From Octopus vulgaris (Eukaryota), in NCBI GenBank assembly GCA_951406725.2, contig OX597827.1:18848001-18912000 (forward strand): a stretch of 64,000 nucleotides of DNA. The letters run 5' to 3'. Position numbers and translations under genes: made by a program. This document shows positions 1 through 12,408 of the stretch, one piece after another (position 1 is the first letter of the stretch; each line of letters opens with the position of its first letter). A model generated the notes under the pieces. The model searched no databases, was not told the DNA's origin, and saw only the letters and a list, made by a program, of their open reading frames with translations.

Positions 1-12
1 TGTGTATATGTG

Positions 13-43
<31 letters not shown>

Positions 44-88
44 ATTGTTGATGTCATAAGAATTATAAAGTTCAACGGATCATGAAAT

Positions 89-303
89 ATTTTTTTTGGA
101 ACGTTGGACATTGAAGTAGATAAGCTACAAATAACAGCGCGTAAATATTGTCATAAAAACCCACTTTCGGTCGAAAAAGGATATGGGTTCGCGTTCCACA
201 AGGAGCTTTCGACTTTTTCTATCCAAAGTGATATTTTCGACCCAATATTTACTCGCTACCATTTATAGCTTATCTGCTTCAAGATCCAACTTTCCAAAAA
301 GAA
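89..303. mobile_element. Foldback/MITE-like element with ~90 bp imperfect inverted arms
   Basis: tttttggaacgttgga...agataagctacaaat...gtaaatattg (91-150) mirrors caatatttac...atttatagcttatct...tccaactttccaaaaa (243-300). Confidence 0.6.
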
Positions 304-334
304 TTATACATATATATATATATTTTATATATAT

Positions 335-700
335 ATAAAATACGAAAATGGGACAAGAACGCAAAACATCCAGACAGACGATACAAAGAAAACAAGGACG
401 AGTCATTCGGAATTTTCTATCCTCAGTCGTGTTCCAGATTATCTTTGCAATTTCGGCTGGTTATACTCGAGATTGCTCCAATCTGGCTATCCCAAAGGAA
501 AACTAAGGTAAGAGCATTAGATTCCTTGGAAGAAAGCAGCGAATGTATACGAAAACAAGGACGGAAGAAAAACGGAGAATGTTACACAAATACAATGAAA
601 ATAACAAGGACGGAAGAAAAACGGAGAATGTTACACAAATACAATGAAAATAACAGGACATAACAACCGGTGTCTTTCGACACAACCGGTGTCTTTCGAT
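335..700 (-). repeat. Unclassified element abutting (TA)n, with internal ~49 bp and ~18 bp tandem duplications
   Basis: caaggacggaagaaaaacggagaatgttacacaaatacaatgaaaataa occurs twice; acaaccggtgtctttcga occurs twice. Confidence 0.45.
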
Positions 701-896
701 GTAGGAGATAATCAGAACAACTATAGCTCACTTTAACATTATTTCTGTTGAGGATATTGAAATACTTATGATGTAAAAAAAAACAAAAAAACTATGAGGT
801 AATGTTTGAAATGCTATTAGAGCAAAATGGTAGGTTAAACTATATTTTATTCTCCATTGTTTTTTGTTTTTTCTTATTTAATATTTTATCATTGAA

Positions 897-1111
897 TTGT
901 TTCATTCATCTGACTGCGGCCATGCTGGGGCACCACCTTGAAGGGTTTTAGTCGAACAAATCGAATTTACTTATTTTGGTAAAACCTGGCACTTATTCTA
1001 CCGGTCTCCTTTTGCCGAACAGCTAAGTTACGGGGAAGTAAGTACACCAACATCGGCTGTCTAGCGGAGGCGGGAAACAAACACAGGCATAAAGACTCAC
1101 CACACGTAAAT

Positions 1112-1152
<41 letters not shown>

Positions 1153-1303
1153 CGACGGGCTTCTTTCAGTTTCCCTCTACCATATCCACTCACAAGGCTT
1201 TGGTCGGCCCGAGGCTATACTAAAAGATACTTGCCCAAGATGCTCCGCAGTAGCACTGAACCCAGAACCCTGTGGTTGGGAAGCAAGCTTCTTACCACAC
1301 AGC
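897..1303 (-). mobile_element. tRNA-derived SINE family A (older copy)
   Basis: Shares blocks gactgcggccatgctgg, acgacgggcttctttcagtttcc, cacaaggctttggtcggcccgaggctata and cttaccacacagc with >15 other copies in the window. Confidence 0.85.
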
Positions 1304-1619
1304 GAGCATTTTTCACTGAATCTACATCCTTGGTTTGCGCTATGCAAACATTTCCCACTGTAGTATACACTTCGTGGTAAGATATGCATAACATCCGTTT
1401 ACCATTGTTGCTAGGAAGGCTTTTTTAAAATACCAGGAAAGAGTTGAGAAGTGGTATTAATTGGGGGTATTTGTGAATAAATATACTCGTGTATCTGTTC
1501 TTTTACTTCCTGATACATCCAATCTGTTTAACTCGCCTTCCAATGCTGCTACACTACTCGCTTAACATTATTACTCTCGCCACAGTGCTTCAACACACAC
1601 ACACACATATACGCACGCA

Positions 1620-1673
<54 letters not shown>

Positions 1674-1677
<4 letters not shown>

Positions 1678-1765
1678 ATCCAAACAAGAAAACACAAAAA
1701 AACAAAAAAAAAACACAGCAACGCGAGGACGTGGAACAAATAAAGTATTATTGGACGCTCAGGAG

Positions 1766-1772
<7 letters not shown>
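1674..1772 (-). mobile_element. 3' fragment of Penelope-type pLTR element (same family as 51395-51598)
   Basis: Reverse complement matches tcctgagcgtccaataatact...gttccacgtcctcgc...gtttggattaact at 51517-51598; flanked by (TA)n. Confidence 0.7.
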
Positions 1773-1802
<30 letters not shown>

Positions 1803-1806
<4 letters not shown>

Positions 1807-2052
1807 TTTATTTAAAAGTAGCAGAAATTCAACAAAAGCTGTTACTCGGAGTTTCATGTTCCCGTTCGTCGGACAGTTTTGTTAGCAGTAGCGGTATTTA
1901 TTTAACAAAACTGTCCGACGAAGGGAACGTAAAACTCCGAGTAACAGCTTTTGTTGAATTTCTGCTGCTTTTAAATATAGCATATTACTCTACCTCTGGT
2001 ATTTGAGTACTTTTTTTTCCACCTTGTTTCACATTTATGTGTTTACTCCGGT
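1803..2052 (+). mobile_element. Penelope-type inverted pLTR remnant with twin hammerhead motifs
   Basis: Arms 1803-1884 and 1903-1984 are reverse complements; each contains ctgt-CCGACGA-stemII-(G)AAA-CTccgAG-TA-acag; related copies at 52964-53148 and 43311-43353. Confidence 0.75.
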
Positions 2053-2524
2053 ATACACACACACACACACACATCTGCAGAGGATATGCCAATATGGGCA
2101 CAGCTTTAGGGCTTAAACATGTAAAAGAATAAAATATATTTCTGTTTTAGAATCTCGGTGGAATTTGAACTCAGAAGGTAGCGACGGGAAAAAAATACTG
2201 ATAAGTATTTCGCCCAGCACTCTAACGCTTCTGCCAGCTCGTCTCATAATAATAATTATAATCATCATCATCATCATCATCATAAAAGGAAAGAAACAAA
2301 AAAATTATTTCACGCTCTCTCGAAACACGCACACACACACATATATGCATACAAACATACATGCATAATTCATATATGTATATATATGTATATATATATA
2401 TACACGCATATGCATACATATATACATACACACACACATACATATATATATACATATACAAGCACACACACACACACCCTCACACACACACACACACACC
2501 CTCACACACACACACACACACCCT

Positions 2525-2560
<36 letters not shown>

Positions 2561-2562
<2 letters not shown>

Positions 2563-3700
2563 GGGAGCGTAAGGTATTTGAGGGCATACCTTATTTGGGT
2601 CATTGCTACATTTTTTGCTAATTCTGTATAATCTTTGTTTCAGAAAATAATAATGGCAGACCCTCAGCTTACTCCAGAAATTTTTGAAAGTTGCCTGATC
2701 TTTCGTCTACAAAGTTGTTAAGGAGCTAGAGACTGAAGATGGAAATGTTTCACTAGTATCAAAGCATAAAAAGCATTCTAACGCTCTAAAATCATCAGAA
2801 CACCTGAATTTATAAAGTTCTACAGACCACTGATTACAATCCCAGAAAGTCCATGAGGTCAATTGCAAAAGATCTCCATGTGTCAGAAGGAACAGTAAGA
2901 AATGTTGTCCATGAAGACATCAGATATAAGTCTTATTTGATGAGGAAAGGTCAATTTGTCAGAAAAGCAAAAGAAAATCACTACGTCAGATCTAAAAGGC
3001 TCTTAAACAAACTGAAAAATCCAGCAGAAGAAGATATGATTTGGTTTTTCTCAAATGAGAAAAACTTCAGCCAAGATCAAAAAGTTAACAGAAGAAATGA
3101 CAGATGGTTGTGTGCAGACCCTTCTGAAGTTCCAAGGGATATACATGCAAAATTTCCTGCAACTGTCATGGTTTTAGAGGTTGTCAGCAATGAAGGACAT
3201 GTGATGCCTCCTTACTTCTTTCCACCAGGCCTTAGAGTTAACTCTACCGCCTACGTTGAAGTCCTGGAAATAACTGTTAAGCCCTGGATAGACACTGCAT
3301 GCAATAGAAGGCCCTATGTGTTTCAGTAAGACTCCACACAGGAATGGATGGCTGAAAATTTTCATGATTACTTAATTCCTAACATTTGGCCCCCTAATTC
3401 ACCAGATCTCAATTTGTTGGACTATTACACGTGGAGCTTTGAAAGCCAAATATTTTTTGAAAGCTCCCATAGTCAGAGTAATGTCCAAAATGAACCAGGA
3501 CCATTTGATTCGAGCATGTAGATGATTTAGATCTCATATAGAAGCAGTAGTTAAAGCTGAAGGTGGCTTTATTGAATAACATTATAGAAAAAAGGGTTTA
3601 TTTCTATCGTCATAGCATTTTTAAAGTTATCATTTGTTATTATATATCTGTTTTCTTTTTAATAAACATAAATCTGTCCTCAAATATCTTATGCACCATG
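2561..3700 (+). mobile_element. Decayed Tc1/mariner (maT/DD37D-like) DNA transposon
   Basis: TIRs tagggagcgtaaggtatttgagggca / tgtcctcaaatatcttatgcaccatg, TA flanks; internal transposase remnant. Confidence 0.9.
2853..3580 (+). pseudogene. Tc1/mariner transposase pseudogene
   Basis: MRSIAKDLHVSEGTVRNVV (HTH), FFSNEKNF (first D motif decayed), VMVLEVVSNEGHVMPPYFF, YVFQ* then WPPNSPDLNLLDYYTW; stop and deletions. Confidence 0.88.
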
Positions 3701-3774
3701 TATGTATGTATGTATGTATGTATGTATGTATGTATGTATGTATGTATGTATGTATGTATGTATGAATGTATCTA

Positions 3775-4019
3775 TGTCCGATTATTTCTATGTCCCCGCG
3801 CATGATACAGCCTTAAGACATTTATTGGATGGCCGTTGACTCTCAGAGTTACTCCGCCCTTTGACGGGTTTTGTTTTTCATCCCGCAGGGTGTCCAATAA
3901 ACACCCTCCTCACCAAGCAAGCTTGGTGGGGTTGCGGGTTTAGTCGCCGACGACCAGACCATGCAACAGATTGTACTGGCTTACATGTTACTAGTAGCAC
4001 TCGGAAGTGACCTGACAAA
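3775..4019 (-). mobile_element. Structured element embedded in (CATA)n; probable 5' UTR or non-autonomous derivative of a microsatellite-targeting LINE
   Basis: Flanked by (GTAT)n on both sides; hairpins caccaagc/gcttggtg and agggtgt/acaccct; diverged homologue at ~10330-11000. Confidence 0.5.
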
Positions 4020-5026
4020 TGTATGTATGTATGTATGTATGTATGCATGTATGTATGTATGTATGTATGTATGTATGTATGTATGTATGTATGCATGTAT
4101 GTATGTATGTATGTATGTATGTATGTATGTATGTATGTATGTATGTATGTATGTACATACGTATGTGTATACATATACTACCATCACAAGGAGACAGCAG
4201 TTTGATATTTTAACCTACGTGTTCTCTCCTAGGGCTGATCAGGCAAATATACCGGGTCTATTGATGTGAATCTACCAAATGGCGTCGCCTTTCGGTCGAC
4301 TTTCACATCATGAATTCTAACTTTATATTATCTCTCACGTTTCTATTACCATTGTATTATGTCCGGGGGGCAGGAGCCCGAAATATTTATGTCACCTACT
4401 TAATATTAAAAAAGAAAAAATGATAAATAAATACATAAACAAGTTTGCTTTGTCAATGACTTCTCATTCACATGTATTTTTCATTCACACAATGGTTCGT
4501 AAGTGCGTTTTCTGAAACCGAAACAAAACTACAAGCCCAACGCTCTGTCGCGACGCCAAGAGAAAATAACTGTTTGATTTCACAAGCCTTCGTAAGAGTA
4601 GAAATAGGCAGAAACGTAACAGTATATACATACATACATGCATACATACATATATACATACATGTATACATACATACATGCATACATACAAACATACATA
4701 CATACCTATATATTTAAGTAGTTGAATGAATTATCTTAGTATGGATAATTCGGTTAACCGATACCTGGGTAGCAAATTCACGTCAGATTAAAAAAATACA
4801 TACCTATATACATACATACATACATACATATATACACACTCATACATACATAATACATACATGGAAACATACATACAAATACATACATTCATACATGTAA
4901 ACTTATATACACACAGACATGCATGCTTGCATGCATATGTGCATATATACATGCATATTTACATACATGCACACATACATACATTCATACTTTCATTCAT
5001 ACAGACAGACAGACATTAGTACATGC

Positions 5027-5126
<100 letters not shown>

Positions 5127-5129
5127 ATT

Positions 5130-5336
5130 TCTTTACTGCCAACAGAAAGGACAAAGAAGGACAGACAAACGGATTAAGTCGATTATATCAACCCCAGTGC
5201 GTAACTGTTACTTAATTTATCGACCCCGAAAGGATGAAAGGCAAAGTCGACCTCGGCGAAATTTGAACTCAGAACGTAACGGCAGACGAAATACGGCTAC
5301 GCATTTCACCCAGCGTGCTAACGTTTCTGCCAGCTC
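5130..5336 (-). mobile_element. tRNA-derived SINE family D
   Basis: Minus strand gagctggcagaaacgttagcacgc...gagttcaaatt...gactttgcctttcatcctttcggggtcgataaattaag; further copies at ~2085-2242, 13690-13852, 16220-16432, 16963-17165, 18225-18330, 29561-29860. Confidence 0.85.
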
Positions 5337-5420
5337 GATGTGTGTGTGTGTATATATACATACATACATACATACATACATACATACATACATACATACA
5401 TACATACATGCATGTATGTA

Positions 5421-5648
5421 TGCCAACATAACATGGCAGTCGTGGTTTAGGACTAATGTTGCTGTAATTTAGCCCCAGGAGACACCGTCTCCAGCTGGCT
5501 GTACGACATGATCTGTCTCCTTATATTTTGGAACAAAGGAATCGATACGGACACAGATCGTGTCGTATAGCCAGCTGGAGACGGTGTCTCCTGCGGCTAA
5601 ATTACAGCAACATTCGTCCTAAACCAGGACTACCATGTTTTGTTGGCA
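5421..5648. mobile_element. Foldback element, ~100 bp inverted arms
   Basis: 5421-5520 is the reverse complement of 5549-5648 (e.g. caggagacaccgtctccagctggct / agccagctggagacggtgtctcctg). Confidence 0.75.
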
Positions 5649-5754
5649 AACAATCTTTACTACACAGTACTGTTCCTGAATATCTCACGTTGAGAGATTA
5701 AAAAATAATAATTTATTATTGTCGTTGTTAATTATTGTCGCAGTAAAAATTGTA

Positions 5755-6167
5755 GGCTCTTTTCTGTTTGAACGGCAGTTTTTAACATAATTTCCACGTA
5801 ACTAAAAAAATTTTAAACTTCGTATACTGGTAGAATGTGTTTATAAAACATCTTTTTCTCTTGGCTTTATTGAGAAAATTCTATAGTTTGTAAGATATTT
5901 GTTGTTTTTTTTTCTTCAATTTCTGCAATTTCAACCAATCACTGACGTCCATTGAGGTAAAAAACATTCTGTGCCGTATGAATATGTCCCTCGTTTAAGA
6001 AACAGATTGGGTTTATTTACATTTGTGAAGAAAAAAAATACCCTAACACTAACTAACCCTAACCCTAAAACATTGAAATGCAATAGATCGATACTAGGGT
6101 CATAATTATGGGTGACAATTTCATATGACACCGCTAGATAAAACTGCCGTTCAAACCGAAAAGATCC
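5755..6167. mobile_element. MITE with GG...CC termini and 8 bp TSD (Merlin-like), copy 1
   Basis: ~27 bp TIR gg(c)tcttttctgtttgaacggcagttt / aaactgccgttcaaaccgaaaagatcc; flanks aaattgta / aaaatgta; internal taaccctaaccctaa; second copy at 10523-10935. Confidence 0.85.
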
Positions 6168-6511
6168 AAAATGTATTGCCTGCTGATGACGGTCTACCGG
6201 TTTATACTGAAACCAGTGTCTGATGTATATTTAGATTATTCTACCTTCTCGCTAAAGCCTAATCTTTGCATAACAGCCAAAAACTTATTTTCCTTCCTGT
6301 CACAAATAACAGAAGATATAATATCCATAAACTGAACTGCAGACTCTTTCCATATAATATAGTCAGGAACAGCTGAAGGCAAAAAGTTTGTTTTGTTACC
6401 GGATAGTTTCAGGTTCAGTTCCACTGCTCAGCACGTTGGCCTATAACGCCGTGCAGACTAATCAATGCCTTGTATGCGGATTTAGCAGAAGAAAAGTAGA
6501 TGAAAACCTTT

Positions 6512-6546
<35 letters not shown>

Positions 6547-6637
6547 ACAGGTACACACATAGACAGACACACACATATATATGTGTGTACATGTATATGT
6601 GTGTGTACATATATATATGTGTGTACACACACACTCA

Positions 6638-6690
<53 letters not shown>

Positions 6691-6692
<2 letters not shown>

Positions 6693-6966
6693 GAGTAGCT
6701 GTGTGGTAAGTAGCTTGCTTACGAACCACATGGTTCTGGGTTCAGTCCCACTGCGTTTCACCTTGGGCAACTTGGGCAAGTGTTTTCTACTATAGCGTCG
6801 GGCCGACCAAAGCCTTTTGAGTGGATTTGGTTGACAGAAACTGAAAGAAGCCCGTTATATATATGTATATATGTGAGTGTATGTGTGTGTCCATGTTTGT
6901 CCCCCCAACATCGCTTGACAACCGATACTGGTGTGTTTATGTCCCCGTAACTTAGCGGTTCAGCAA
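6691..6966 (+). mobile_element. SINE family A, 3'-truncated
   Basis: Head aggagtagctgtgtggtaagtagcttgc...gggttcagtccca (pol III A/B boxes). Confidence 0.85.
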
Positions 6967-7313
6967 GTTTGTGTGTGTGTGTGTGCGCGCGCTCACATGT
7001 ATATATGCATATATCTAAGTGCGTGTTTTTCGACCCTTTCCACTCGTGTGTGTTTGTGTGTACGTGTGTGCGTGCGTGTGTACGTATGTATGTGTGTGTT
7101 TGTGCGTACGTGTATGTGTGCGTGGGTACGTGTGTGTGCGTGTGTATGTATGTATGTGTGTGTGCGTGCGTACGTGTGTGTGTTTATGAGTGTGTGTATG
7201 TATACGTGCGTGTGCGTTTGTGTAAGTATGTATGTGTGTGTGCGTGCGTGCGTGTGTGTGCGTGTGTACATACATACTTGGTGTTTGTATTCGTGTTTGC
7301 ATTCTCAACAACA

Positions 7314-7616
7314 GTGGAGGCAGATGGCCTATTGGTTAGAGCAGCGGACTCGCAATCGAGGGATCGCGGGTTCGAATCTCAGACCGGGCGATGTGTGTGT
7401 TTATGAGCGAAAACATCTAAGCTCCACGCGGCTCCGACAGAAGGTAATGGCGAAACTTCTGCTGACTCTTTCGCCACAACTTTCTCTCACTCTTTCCTCC
7501 TGCATCTTGCAGCTCACCTGCGACGGACTGGCGTCCCGTCCAGGTGGGGAACCTACACGCCAAAGAAACCGGGAAAACCGGCCGTTATGAGCCAGGAATG
7601 GCTCGAGAAGGAACAA
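7314..7616 (+). mobile_element. tRNA(Arg)-like SINE family B (resembles octopus OR-type SINEs)
   Basis: tggcctattggttagagcagcggactcgc...gggttcgaatctc head (tcg anticodon-like); near-identical copies at 13245-13554(-) and 20584-20885(+). Confidence 0.88.
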
Positions 7617-7750
7617 ATTCCCAACTACCGCTTGGCAACCAGTGCTAATTCGTTTACGTTCTTGTAACATGGCAAATGGCACCAACAGAAGAAGCGCCAG
7701 GCTTTGGATTGTAAAATAAGCGTTGAGGTCAATTTGTTCGACTAAACCAT

Positions 7751-8162
7751 AGGCGCAGGAGTGGCTGTGTGGTAAGTAGCTTGCTAACCAGCCACATGGT
7801 TCCGGGTTCAGTCCCAGTGCGTGGCATCTTGGACAAGTGTCTTCTGCTATAGCCCCGGGCCGACCAATGCCTTGTGAGTGGATTTGGTAGACGGAAACTG
7901 AAAGAAGCCAGTCGTATATATGTATATATATGTATATGTATGTGTGTGTGTATGTGTCTGTGTTTGTCCCCCTAGCATTGCTTGACAACAGATGCTGGTG
8001 TGTTTACGTCCCCGTCACTTAGCGGTTCGGCAAAAGAGACCGATAGAATAAGTACTGGGCTTACAAAGATTAAGTCCCCGGTGTCGATTTGCTCGACAAA
8101 AGGCGGTGCCCCAGCATGGCTGCGGTCAAATGACTGAAACAAGCAAAAGAGAGAAAAGAGAG
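7751..8162 (+). mobile_element. SINE family A, full length
   Basis: aggcgcaggagtggctgtgtgg head, internal TA/TG microsatellite, tail tgactgaaacaagcaaaagag. Confidence 0.92.
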
Positions 8163-8666
8163 TAAGACGGACCCCCCCCCCACCATGGTCGCAGTCCAAT
8201 GACTGAAGCAAGTAAAAGATAAAAGACGAAGATATAGAAAGGATTTTAAACTTTACTTAAAACCGATTCTTCACACTCAGCATTGTCTTTACATTAAATA
8301 TATATTAGATACATCTATCCATGAAGAGCGTCTACTAGATTCAAAGGATCAAATTGGATTTGTTAGCATCGAAGTCAAAGGTTTACTAACGGGGCAGCAA
8401 TTATACAGGTAAACCATTGCTTACTTTAAATCCTGTGTATATGCGGATCTATGCTGTATCGAAACGTGTGTAGTGTTTATTAAATAGTTGTCGAACCGTA
8501 TTCCTTCTTGTTGACTCTATTTTATTCAATTTTATTCAATTATATATATATATGTGTGTATGTATGTATGTATGTATGTATGTATGTATGTATGTATGTA
8601 TGTATGTATGTATGTATGTATGTATGTATGTATGTCTGCATGTATGTATGTATGTATGTATGTATG

Positions 8667-8968
8667 TGATCACGTGACCGACCAGACCATCAGATGTTGT
8701 TACACATCGCTGGTCACAATGCGTTCGCATTGTTTTAGCCTTCGAATGACGTCACCCCGCTGGCTAAGCGAGCAGGCCAACAGAAGGAAGAGTGGGAGAA
8801 AGTGTAGTGAAAGAGCACAGCAGGGATCACCATCCCCTGCCGGAGCCTCGTGGAGCTTTTTAGGTGTTTTCGCTCAATAAACACTCACAACGCCCGGTCT
8901 GGGAATCGAAACCGCGATCCTACCACCGCGAGTCCGCTGCCCTAACTACTGGGCCATTTCGCCTCCAC
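8667..8968 (-). mobile_element. tRNA(Arg)-like SINE family C
   Basis: Head related to family B, distinct tail cgcattgtgaccagcgatgtgt...ggtcggtcacgtgatcac; copies at 43348-43608(-) and 54936-55243(+). Confidence 0.88.
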
Positions 8969-9073
8969 ATGTATGTGTATATAGTGTTCAAATTTACAGA
9001 AAACAAAAAAACGAAGACAAGTGAGAGAACAGCAAGGTGTATTAATTTGACGCTCGGGAGGGGCGGAAATAGT

Positions 9074-9109
9074 CTTCGACGTTTCGAGCCTAAGCTCTTC
9101 GACAGAAAG
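9074..9109 (-). ncRNA. Minimal hammerhead ribozyme motif, A6U core variant, within pLTR-like element 8985-9200
   Basis: Minus strand cttt CTGTCGA a GAGC ttag GCTC GAAA C GTC gaag. Confidence 0.65.
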
Positions 9110-9497
9110 GATTGAAAGGGGGTGGAGAATGGAGAGAATATGAAAAAAAAAAAAAAAAAAAAAAACGGAGAGAGAACGACAAAAAAGAAACAGAGAGAGA
9201 AAACTGTTCAATATCATGCACACACACTCATACACTTATATAAAGGAAGCTAACTTTACTAGTATTATTACAAAAGGAAATAAATATTTTCGACATACCG
9301 CGTGAAAGATACGACACTGCGTTACAGTAAGAAGTTAATCATCATTCAGAAAGCAACCATAAATTTGTTCGTCGCCTTTATAAGTCTATAATTAGCTTTT
9401 GGCTGCCGTTAGGAAATGGTAGCTGACTACGTAGTTGTTTAGTTCTACTGAATATCAGAGACTGATTTCATTTTAACCAAGTAGAACATTACCTGCA

Positions 9498-9499
<2 letters not shown>

Positions 9500-9534
<35 letters not shown>

Positions 9535-10125
9535 ACTCACATATATACACATGCATACACGCATACATACATGCACACATGCATACATGAAGGCATACCT
9601 ACATACAAATACGCATGTACACACACATAATGCATACACGCAAATGGATGCATACGCACATAAATGCATACATATGTATATACATATATGCACACATACA
9701 TACATACATACATCCACACATACATACATACATACATACACACATACATACACGCATACATAAATACATACACGCATACATAAATACATGCACACATAAT
9801 ACATACATACATGCACACATACATACATACATGCATGCATACATACATACATACATACATACATACATACATACATACATAAATGCAAATATACATACAT
9901 ACGTGCACACACCCATACATACATACATACATACATACATACATACATACATACATGCACACATACATACATACATACATACATATATAAATGCACACAT
10001 ACATACATACATACATACATACATACATACATACAAACATAAATACACACATACATACACACATACATACATACATGCACATATACATACATACATACAT
10101 ACACACATACATAAATGCACTCATA
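9500..10125. repeat. Compound (CA)n/(CATA)n microsatellite
   Basis: Degenerate tandem catacatacata; source of the spurious MYVC/HTYI ORFs. Confidence 0.95.
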
Positions 10126-10522
10126 CGAACATGGTGGCTGTCAACTCGTAGACGAGGTTGACCATCACCGACTAATTATCCTAACGTAGATGTTAAAGAT
10201 AATGCCTGTCAGCAATGTCTGGGCTGAAATCTGAAGTCAATAACAGCTTGTATAACATCGCTAAGATTCGCCTACAAAGCAGAATAGTCGACTAACAAGC
10301 AAGAGTAAGAGCTCTGGAAGCAGGGGGTTATTTCAAGGGAAACATCTGAACAAAATCTAGGGGTCTCACACTCCAATCTATAGGATGGCTGTTGGCACTA
10401 CTGAGTTTATCCGTCCCTTAGACAGGTCTTGTTTCTCTTCGTGCATGGTGTGTAACGAAAGCCATTCCCTTCACTTGGCCAGCTCGGTAGGATTACTGCT
10501 TTAGTCACCGATGATTCGACCA

Positions 10523-10935
10523 GGATCTTTTCGGTTTGAAAGGCAGTTTTTAACATAATTTCTAGGTAGCTAAAAAATTTTAAACTTCGTAAACTGGTAG
10601 AATGTGTTTATAAAACATCTTTTTCTCTTGGCTTCATTGAGAAAATTCTATAGTTTGAAAGATATTTGTTGTTTCTTTTTTCTTCAATTTCTGCAATTTC
10701 AACCAATCACTGACGTCTATTGAGGTAAAAAAGACATTCTGTGCCGTATAAATATGTCCCTCGTTTAAGAAACAGATTGGCTTTATTTACATTTCTGAAG
10801 AAAAAAAGATACCCTTCTCCCACCCCTAACCCTAAAACAGATTGAAATGCAATAGATCGATACTAGGGTCATAATTATGGGTGACAATTTCATATGACAC
10901 CGCCAGAAAAACTGCCGTTCAAACCGAAAAGATCC
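10523..10935. mobile_element. Merlin-like MITE, copy 2, nested in an older element
   Basis: TIR ggatcttttcggtttgaaaggcagttt / aaactgccgttcaaaccgaaaagatcc; flanks ttcgacca / tccgaccg. Confidence 0.85.
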
Positions 10936-11007
10936 TCCGACCGTACAAAAAGGTTGTGCTGTGTTACATATTGATTGGAAAGCGGTTTGACATAACATAC
11001 ATATATA

Positions 11008-11300
11008 CAATTGAGAAATTAGGCTTATCAAAACCAGAAAGGAGGAAGCAGATTCGAAGTCTACAGATCCGAACCATCACTGGAACTGTGAAAATATGCA
11101 AAACTTTCCAGAAGTGTATCAATTGAGAATATATGAGCATGTTTAGATATGCAAGTATATTCATGAGAAGACATACAAAACAAAACATACAAATCTGTAC
11201 GTATACATACATACATACATACATACATACACACATACATACATACATACATACATACATACATACATACATACATACATACATACATACATACATACAT

Positions 11301-11331
<31 letters not shown>

Positions 11332-11602
11332 TACATACAGGTTAGATACATACATACATACATATTACATACATACATACATACACACATGCATGACATA
11401 CATACGTTACATGCATACATACATACATACACACATGCATACATACATACATACATACATACATACATACATACATACATACATACATACATACAAACCC
11501 TGTTGTTGATGTTGGAATTCCAACGAAGGAACCTTGGATCCAGGTTAGAAACCGGGTTTTTCTCTATTGGCAAGTAAACTTGAAATAAAACTGAATAACG
11601 AC
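11008..11602 (+). mobile_element. 3' end of restriction-like-endonuclease LINE (R4/Dong-like) associated with (CATA)n
   Basis: [38 protein letters not shown], 3' UTR with (CATA)n, then accctgttgttgatgtt...aaactgaataacga(cata)n; further copies 11760-11815, 12020-12160, 33465-33690, 38198-38650, 40260-40405, 40790-41581. Confidence 0.75.
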
Positions 11603-12167
11603 ATACATACGTTCATGCATATATACATACACACACATGCATACAAACATACTCACATACATACATACATACATACATACATACATACATACATACATAC
11701 ATACATACATACATACATTCATATACATACATATATACATACATACATACATACAAAAATACCCTGTTGTTGATGTTGAAATTCCAATGAAGGAGCTTTG
11801 GATCCAAGTTAGAAACACATACATACATAATACATAAATACATACATACATACATACATACATACATACATACATACATACACGGATACATACACTCATA
11901 CATACGTACATGCATACATACATACATACATAAATACATACATACATACATACATACACACACACATACATACACGTGCATACATGATACATACAAACAT
12001 ACATAACATACATACGTACAATCTGCCGCGACACCAATCTTGAGAAATTATGGCTCTGAAAACCAGGAAGGCGAAAGCTAATTAGAAGACTATAGACACA
12101 ACGCATCAATGGATTTGTAGTGCATAAAACTTAGCCAAAGACTAGCATATAAGTACATATATGTATG

Positions 12168-12330
12168 AATGGCTGTGTGGTAAGTAGCTTGCTTACCAAC
12201 CACATGGTTCCGGGTTCAGTCCCACCACGTGACAACTTGGGCAAGTGTCTTCTACTATAGCCTGGGGCCGACCAAAGCCTTGTGAGTGGATTTGGTAGAC
12301 GGAAACTGAAAGAAGCCCGTCGTGTATATG

Positions 12331-12408
<78 letters not shown>

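Noticed and set aside
440-500. Possible hammerhead on minus (gccGAAAttgc)
   Set aside because: No CUGANGA-type core or UH site could be fitted
3960-4019. HDV-like ribozyme at the 5' end of the CATA-anchored element
   Set aside because: Could not build P1/P1.1/P2 of the nested double pseudoknot
6044-6068. Telomere-like taaccc repeats
   Set aside because: Only 2-3 units, internal to a MITE present twice
6183-6222. CTGATGA...GAAACcaGT hammerhead-like string
   Set aside because: Position 17 is G and no helix I can form; at best a heavily decayed motif
7314-7390. tRNA-Arg-like sequence
   Set aside because: Continues into a multi-copy SINE body; not a tRNA gene
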